A DNA stretch of 64,000 nucleotides from an uncultured Candidatus Rokubacteria bacterium (GTDB taxonomy: Bacteria > Methylomirabilota > Methylomirabilia > Rokubacteriales > DASRDR01): contig CAWDVE010000021.1 in NCBI GenBank assembly GCA_963805625.1, positions 192,001-256,000 on the forward strand. The letters run 5' to 3'. A program made the translations under genes and the position numbers. The stretch's first letter is position 1. Every line of letters begins with the position of its first letter. Positions 59,216 to 64,000 of this stretch are shown piece after piece. Under the pieces are notes generated by a model. It was not told where the DNA came from. It made no database searches and saw only the letters and a program-made list of their open reading frames with translations.

Positions 59216-61033
59216 TCACTCGTCCACGGCGCGACCCGGCGGGGGCTCGGCCACGGAGCGGGGTACGGCGACCTCCAGGGCGAGCTCCTTGAGCTGCTCC
59301 GGGCTCACCGGCGTGGGGGCGTCCGTCAGGGGGCACGTGCCCTTCTGGGTCTTGGGGAACGCGATGACGTCCCGGATGGAATCGACGCCGGCCAGGATGG
59401 CGACGATCCGGTCCAGCCCGAACGCGATGCCGCCCATCGGCGGGGCGCCGTACTCGAGCGCCTCCAGGAGGAAGCCGAACTTGGCGCGCGCGTCCGTCTC
59501 CCCGATCCCGAGGATCTCGAAGACCCGCTGCTGGAGCGCCCGCGAGTGGATCCGGATCGAGCCGCCGCCGATCTCCTGACCGTTCAGGACGAGATCGTAG
59601 GCCTTCGCGCGCGCGGAGCCAGGATCCGCCAGGCCGGTCTCGGCGTCAGCGTCCTGGGGCGCCGTGAAGGGATGGTGCATCGCGTCCCACCGCCGCTCGT
59701 CCTCGTTCCACTCGACCAGCGGGAAATCGACGACCCACAAGAGGTCGTACGCCCCCCCGGGGATCAGCCCGAGGCGATGCGCGAGCTCGACGCGGAGCCG
59801 CCCCAGCACCGTCGCGGCGAGCGGCATCCGGTCGGCGACCAGCAGCACGAGATCGCCCGCCTTCGCCCCCGTCCGGGCGAGGAGCCCATCCCGGACCGCC
59901 TCCAGGTGGCGGGCGGCCGGGCTCTGGAGCGTGCCCTCGCCCACGCGGACCCAGACCAGCCCCTTCGCGCCCGCGCCCTTGGCGCGCTCCACCAAGTCGT
60001 CCAGGTCTTTGCGCGAGAACGCGCTCCCCGGCACCGTGAGGGCCTGCACGGCGCCGCCCTGGGCGACGGTCTGCGCGAAGACCTGGAACGCGCCGCCCCG
60101 GAACAGGTCGGAGCAGTCACTGAGCTCGAGGCCGAAACGCAGGTCGGGCTTGTCCGAGCCGTAGCGCCGGATCGCCTCGTCCCAGGTGAGCCGGCGGAAC
60201 GGGCGGGCCGGCTCCAGGCCCTTCGTGCGGCGGAAGATCTCCGCGACGAGGCCCTCGATCACGGGCAGGAAATCGTCCCGATCCAGGAAGGCGGTCTCGA
60301 TGTCGATCTGGGTGAACTCCGGCTGGCGATCCGCACGCAGATCCTCGTCCCGGAAGCAGCGCACGATCTGGAAGTAGCGCTCGAGCCCGCCGACCATCAG
60401 GATCTGCTTGAAGAGCTGGGGCGACTGGGGCAGAGCGTAGAAGGTCCCGGGGGTGAGGCGGCTCGGCACGAGGAAGTCCCGCGCGCCCTCCGGGGTCGAC
60501 CGCGTGAGCATCGGCGTCTCGACCTCGACGAAACCCTGGCCGTGGAGGTAGTCGCGCGTGGCGCGGCAGACCTGGTCCCGCAGGAGGAGGTGCCCCAGCA
60601 TCGCCGGCCGGCGGAGATCGAGGTACCGGTACTTGAGCCGCAATGATTCGACCGTCTCCTGGGACTCGTCGAGCGGGAAGGGCAGGGGCTTCGACTCGTT
60701 CAGGATGCGGAGTCGCCGGACCGACACCTCGATCTCACCCGTGGCGAGATGGGTGTTCACGGTGCCCGGCGGCCGCCGCTCGACCGTCCCCTCCACCGCC
60801 AGGACGAACTCCACCCGGATCCGCCCGGCCGCCTCGTGGGCGGCGGGGTCCAGCGCCGGGTTGAACACGAGCTGCGTCAGCCCCTCGCGGTCCCGGAGGT
60901 CCACGAAGATGAGACCGCCGTGATCGCGGCGCCGGGACGCCCATCCCATCAGGGTGACCGTCTGTCCGGCGTGCCCGGCGCGGAGCGCGCCGCACGAGTG
61001 GGTCCGGCGCATCCCCCCGAAGGACTCCGTCAT
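59216..61033 (-). CDS. aspS: Aspartate--tRNA ligase, probably non-discriminating
   Basis: RTHSCG, RRDHGG, TPEGARDF, LPQSPQLFKQ, RDEDLRADRQPEF, GIAFGLDR. Confidence 0.97.
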   Translation of the reverse strand: MTESFGGMRRTHSCGALRAGHAGQTVTLMGWASRRRDHGGLIFVDLRDREGLTQLVFNPALDPAAHEAAGRIRVEFVLAVEGTVERRPPGTVNTHLATGEIEVSVRRLRILNESKPLPFPLDESQETVESLRLKYRYLDLRRPAMLGHLLLRDQVCRATRDYLHGQGFVEVETPMLTRSTPEGARDFLVPSRLTPGTFYALPQSPQLFKQILMVGGLERYFQIVRCFRDEDLRADRQPEFTQIDIETAFLDRDDFLPVIEGLVAEIFRRTKGLEPARPFRRLTWDEAIRRYGSDKPDLRFGLELSDCSDLFRGGAFQVFAQTVAQGGAVQALTVPGSAFSRKDLDDLVERAKGAGAKGLVWVRVGEGTLQSPAARHLEAVRDGLLARTGAKAGDLVLLVADRMPLAATVLGRLRVELAHRLGLIPGGAYDLLWVVDFPLVEWNEDERRWDAMHHPFTAPQDADAETGLADPGSARAKAYDLVLNGQEIGGGSIRIHSRALQQRVFEILGIGETDARAKFGFLLEALEYGAPPMGGIAFGLDRIVAILAGVDSIRDVIAFPKTQKGTCPLTDAPTPVSPEQLKELALEVAVPRSVAEPPPGRAVDE

Positions 61034-62340
61034 GTCCGGCTCCCCGACTGGCGATGCGCGCGCTCGGCGAACCACTGCACGCTCGGCAGACCCTCGGCAC
61101 CGATCGTCGCGACGCCCTCGTATCCCTGCTTCTCCAGCGCGGCGCGCTGCGCGCCCGGATTCCGCGTCTGGCGCTCGAGCGCCACGAGATAGCCCTGGCC
61201 CCGGAGCGCCTGCGCCGCCCGCAGCACGCCAGCCATCTCCTGGGCCGCCTCGTCGAACAGGAGGGCGATCCGCCTGTCGTCGCGCACCGTCCGGCTTTCG
61301 ATCCGGCCGAGGATGTCCACGACGCGCTCGAAGCCAATGGAGAACCCCGTGGCGGGGACGTCGCGGCCCAGCATGCGCCCGATCATCCCGTCGTACCGCC
61401 CGCCCCCCGCGATCGATCCCGCCGCGAAGCTCGATGAGCGGATCTCGAAGATCGGCCCCGTGTAGTAGCCCATGCCCCGGACGAGCGTCGGATCGAAGTC
61501 GATGCGGAACCGGCCGCCGGCCGCCGCGCCCACGGCCTCGACGATGCGCGACAGCGCCGCGAAGGCGCCGTCCGCGCTCGGATCCCCCAGCCGGCCGTGC
61601 AGGCCCGCCAGGCTGTGCGAGGCGGCGGTCGTCGCATAGAGCTCCAGCATCCGGGCGATGGCGGCCCCTGGGTGGCCCGCCTGCTCCAGCTCCTGGCGGA
61701 TCTCGCTCGCCGGGAGCTTGTCCCACTTGTCGAGGGTGATGAAGACGCTCGCGTGGCGCGCGGGCGCGAAGCCGCACCAGCTGGCCATCGCGGCCAGGAG
61801 GCGGCGGTCGTTGATCCGCACCGTGAGGCCCTCGAGGCCGAGCGCGCCGAGCGCCTCCGTGGTGGCGAGGATCAGCTCGATCTCGGCGATCTCCGACGCG
61901 ACGCCGAGGATGTCGATATCGCACTGGGTGAACTGACGGTAGCGGCCGCGCTGCGGCCGCTCGGCGCGCCAGACCGGCCCGATCTGCACCGCCCGGAGGG
62001 GATGCGGCAGCTTCGCGAGATTGTGCGCGTAATAGCGGGCGAGCGGCACCGTCAGGTCGAAGCGGAGGCCCAGGTCGGCCAGATCGGCCTCGGTCGTGGC
62101 CGCGCCCAGGTCCAGCTTCTCCCCGCGCTTGAGCACCTTGAAGATGAGCTTCTCGTTCTCGCCGCCGCCCCCGCCAGTCAGAAGCTCGAGGCTCTCCAGC
62201 GCCGGTGTCTCGATGCGCCGAAACCCATACCGGCGGTACACGCCGAGGATTGTCCCCGCGGCGGCGTCGCGCAGCTCCGCCTCGGCGGGCAGGATGTCCC
62301 GCATACCCCGCGGCGGCTCGCTGGGCAGCCTAGATGCCAC
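61030..62340 (-). CDS. hisS: Histidine--tRNA ligase
   Basis: PRGMRD, LRFDLTVPLAR, WRAERPQRGRYRQF, RGMGYYTG, GGGRYDG. Confidence 0.96.
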   Translation of the reverse strand: MASRLPSEPPRGMRDILPAEAELRDAAAGTILGVYRRYGFRRIETPALESLELLTGGGGGENEKLIFKVLKRGEKLDLGAATTEADLADLGLRFDLTVPLARYYAHNLAKLPHPLRAVQIGPVWRAERPQRGRYRQFTQCDIDILGVASEIAEIELILATTEALGALGLEGLTVRINDRRLLAAMASWCGFAPARHASVFITLDKWDKLPASEIRQELEQAGHPGAAIARMLELYATTAASHSLAGLHGRLGDPSADGAFAALSRIVEAVGAAAGGRFRIDFDPTLVRGMGYYTGPIFEIRSSSFAAGSIAGGGRYDGMIGRMLGRDVPATGFSIGFERVVDILGRIESRTVRDDRRIALLFDEAAQEMAGVLRAAQALRGQGYLVALERQTRNPGAQRAALEKQGYEGVATIGAEGLPSVQWFAERAHRQSGSRT

Positions 62341-62839
62341 CGCGGTAGCGCTCCATCAGCTGCACGTAGTTGTTCGTCGGCCGGTGGATCAGCTCGAGAT
62401 CGGCGTCGGTCAGCGTCCGGCGAGGCTTGGCGGGGCTGCCCATCATGAGGGTCCGGCGGGGGATCCGCGTCCCGGGCGAGACGAGCGCCCCGGCGGCGAC
62501 GATGGACTCATCTTCCATCACGACCCCGTCCAGCACGATCGCCCCGATGGCAATCAGGCAGTGCGAGCCCACCCGGGCCCCGTGGAGCCGGACGGCATGG
62601 CCGAGGGTCACGTGGTCGCCGATCTCCACCGGGTCGGTCCGGTTGACGTGGATCACGGTGCCGTCCTGGACGTTGGTGTGGTGCCCGATGCGGATCCGGT
62701 TGACGTCGGCGCGGATGACGCACTGGAACCACACGCTCGAGTGCGCCCCGAGCTCGACGTCGCCGATGACGTGGGCAGTCTCTTCCACGAACGCCGTTTC
62801 GTGGATGCGCGGGGACTTGTCCTCGAACGCGCGGAGCAT
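62330..62839 (-). CDS. Gamma carbonic anhydrase family (YrdA/PaaY-like) protein
   Basis: VIGDV...IRADVN.I.IG..TNVQDGTVIH...GHAVRLHG; TTGCGA-17-TACCAT promoter at 62926-62898. Confidence 0.9.
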   Translation of the reverse strand: MLRAFEDKSPRIHETAFVEETAHVIGDVELGAHSSVWFQCVIRADVNRIRIGHHTNVQDGTVIHVNRTDPVEIGDHVTLGHAVRLHGARVGSHCLIAIGAIVLDGVVMEDESIVAAGALVSPGTRIPRRTLMMGSPAKPRRTLTDADLELIHRPTNNYVQLMERYRGGI

Positions 62840-63011
62840 CCTGTCCCTCCAGAGGACCCGTGGACAGCGAGTCGGAAAGGCCCAAGAACAAGGCGAAATG
62901 GTAACAGGGGGGGTGCACGCTCGCAAGAGACGCGGCGCCGCGCCTGGCAGCCGCTCGGAGCGAGTGCTATACTCCCCGATGCGACGGCCTCGGACGACGC
63001 CGTCGAGCCGC

Positions 63012-63038
63012 AGGGCGCGGAGGCGCGCCCTTTTTGTT
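63012..63038 (+). terminator. Terminator-like hairpin in the leader of the FmdB-like gene
   Basis: AGGGCGCG-GAGG-CGCGCCCT followed by TTTTGTT, immediately before the GGAGG RBS. Confidence 0.6.
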
Positions 63039-63051
63039 GGAGGGGGATGGA

Positions 63052-63424
63052 GTGCCCACCTACGACTACCGATGCGACCGGTGCGCGCGCACCTTCGAGG
63101 TCCGCCAGCGCATCTCGGACGAGCCGCTGACCGACGTGCGACCGCTGCGGCGGACCGATCCGCCGGCTCCTGTCCGCGGCGCCGTTCATCCTCAAGGGCG
63201 GCGGCTGGTACGTCACCGACTACCCCTCCGCGGGCCGGAAGAAGGGGATGGAGGCCGAGAAGAAGTCGAGCGGCGACGCGGCCCCGAGCTCGGCCCCGGC
63301 GACGACCGGGACGGACGCCGCTGCCTCGACCGGGGCGTCTTCGAAGAGCGAGAAGAAGAGCGACGGGACCTCGGGCGACGCGGCGCCGGCGAAGCCGAAG
63401 CCAACGCCGACGCCCTCCAGCTGA
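63052..63424 (+). pseudogene. FmdB family zinc-ribbon protein with a +1 frameshift near 63132 (may be an assembly error)
   Basis: MPTYDYRCDRC...[13 protein letters not shown] then, one base shifted, [14 protein letters not shown]...[12 protein letters not shown]; span is 373 nt (3n+1). Confidence 0.8.
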
Positions 63425-64000
63425 CGGGGGCGCCCGGGCCCAGCCCGAGCCGTCGGCGCGCGCTGCCTTCCCGCACGAACACCTCCACCCGGCCCGAGCT
63501 GTCGATCAGCGCCCCGAGCGCCCGCCGGGGCCGCTCGGCGTAGGTCCCCACGAGCCCACGGACGCGCGACCCGCCGATTCGCAGGACGCCCCGATCGGCC
63601 GGCCCCGGTAGCTCCCGCCCTCTGAGGTTCGTCAGGAGGTTCCCGAAGCGGTCGACCAGCAGGACCTCCCCGTCGACCCGGCCGCCGAGCCGCCGGGGCT
63701 CGGACCGGGACAGACGCACCGGGTGGCGGAGCGGCGGCCCGAAGGCCGCCAGCCGGACGCCGCGCGAGCAGTGGGCGGCCACGGGCGCGAAGATGTCGCG
63801 TCCATGGAATGTCCGGCTGACCGGCCGCCGATGGTACCGCGCGTCGGCCAGCACGACGCCCCGCGCGCCCGGCAGGTCGAAACAGAACCCGAGGAGCCCG
63901 TTGTCGGGTCCGACGAAGCAGTGGCCGCCCGCCTCGATGGCGATCGGCCGGCGGGAGCCGCCGACCCCCGGATCCACGATCGCCAGATGCACCGATCCGC
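63213..64000 (-). CDS. SAM hydroxide adenosyltransferase / chlorinase-fluorinase family (DUF62), 3' part
   Basis: [43 protein letters not shown]; 5' end is outside the window. Confidence 0.88.
   Translation of the reverse strand, partial: GSVHLAIVDPGVGGSRRPIAIEAGGHCFVGPDNGLLGFCFDLPGARGVVLADARYHRRPVSRTFHGRDIFAPVAAHCSRGVRLAAFGPPLRHPVRLSRSEPRRLGGRVDGEVLLVDRFGNLLTNLRGRELPGPADRGVLRIGGSRVRGLVGTYAERPRRALGALIDSSGRVEVFVREGSARRRLGLGPGAPVSWRASALASASPAPRRPRSRRSSSRSSKTPRSRQRRPSRSSPGPSSGPRRRSTSSRPPSPSSGPRRGSR

Noticed and set aside
63213-64000. Functional link between the DUF62 'fluorinase-like' gene and the fluoride riboswitch/Fluc locus
   Set aside because: About 59 kb apart; the HGRD motif points to the common SAM-hydrolysing DUF62 enzymes rather than halogenases

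Overview
A GC-rich (coding roughly 70%+ GC by eye), gene-dense bacterial core-genome segment from a diderm (it carries lpxL, lspA, mltD and envC). Gene content and composition suggest Ca. Rokubacteria/Methylomirabilota, but this is an inference to be tested with the 16S gene present here. Left to right: nuoN(partial)-nuoM-nuoL; a divergent fluoride riboswitch-Fluc(crcB)-two DUF190 unit; a long minus-strand string (ileS-lspA-rluD-yvcK-glmU-glmS-pcrA-gatCAB-ftsEX-envC-ctpA-tsaD-ntrB/ntrC-like); two GT-C-type membrane glycosyltransferases and tatA; a selenocysteine cluster (selC, two accessory genes, selA, frameshifted selB); a MoaD/ThiS-like gene, a Tat-exported ABC solute-binding protein and mltD; hppA-dedA-DUF47-pit-lpxL; yacG-site-2 protease; a complete rRNA operon (16S-tRNA-Ile-tRNA-Ala-23S-5S); tyrS, PBP1A, and gamma-CA-hisS-aspS-phoH-ybeY-era-recO; a frameshifted FmdB zinc-ribbon gene; and a partial DUF62 gene. 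No transposase, integrase, prophage or CRISPR array was seen. The strongest leads are: (1) a consensus sigma-54 promoter with upstream palindromes directly in front of glmS inside a yvcK-glmU-glmS block, with an NtrB/NtrC-like pair in the same gene string; (2) the fluoride-riboswitch operon with two diverged PII-like DUF190 paralogs and a possible leader ORF; (3) uncharacterised exported proteins placed between selC and selA; (4) a promoter-hairpin-terminator leader before the FmdB-like gene; (5) a divergent-clade membrane pyrophosphatase.
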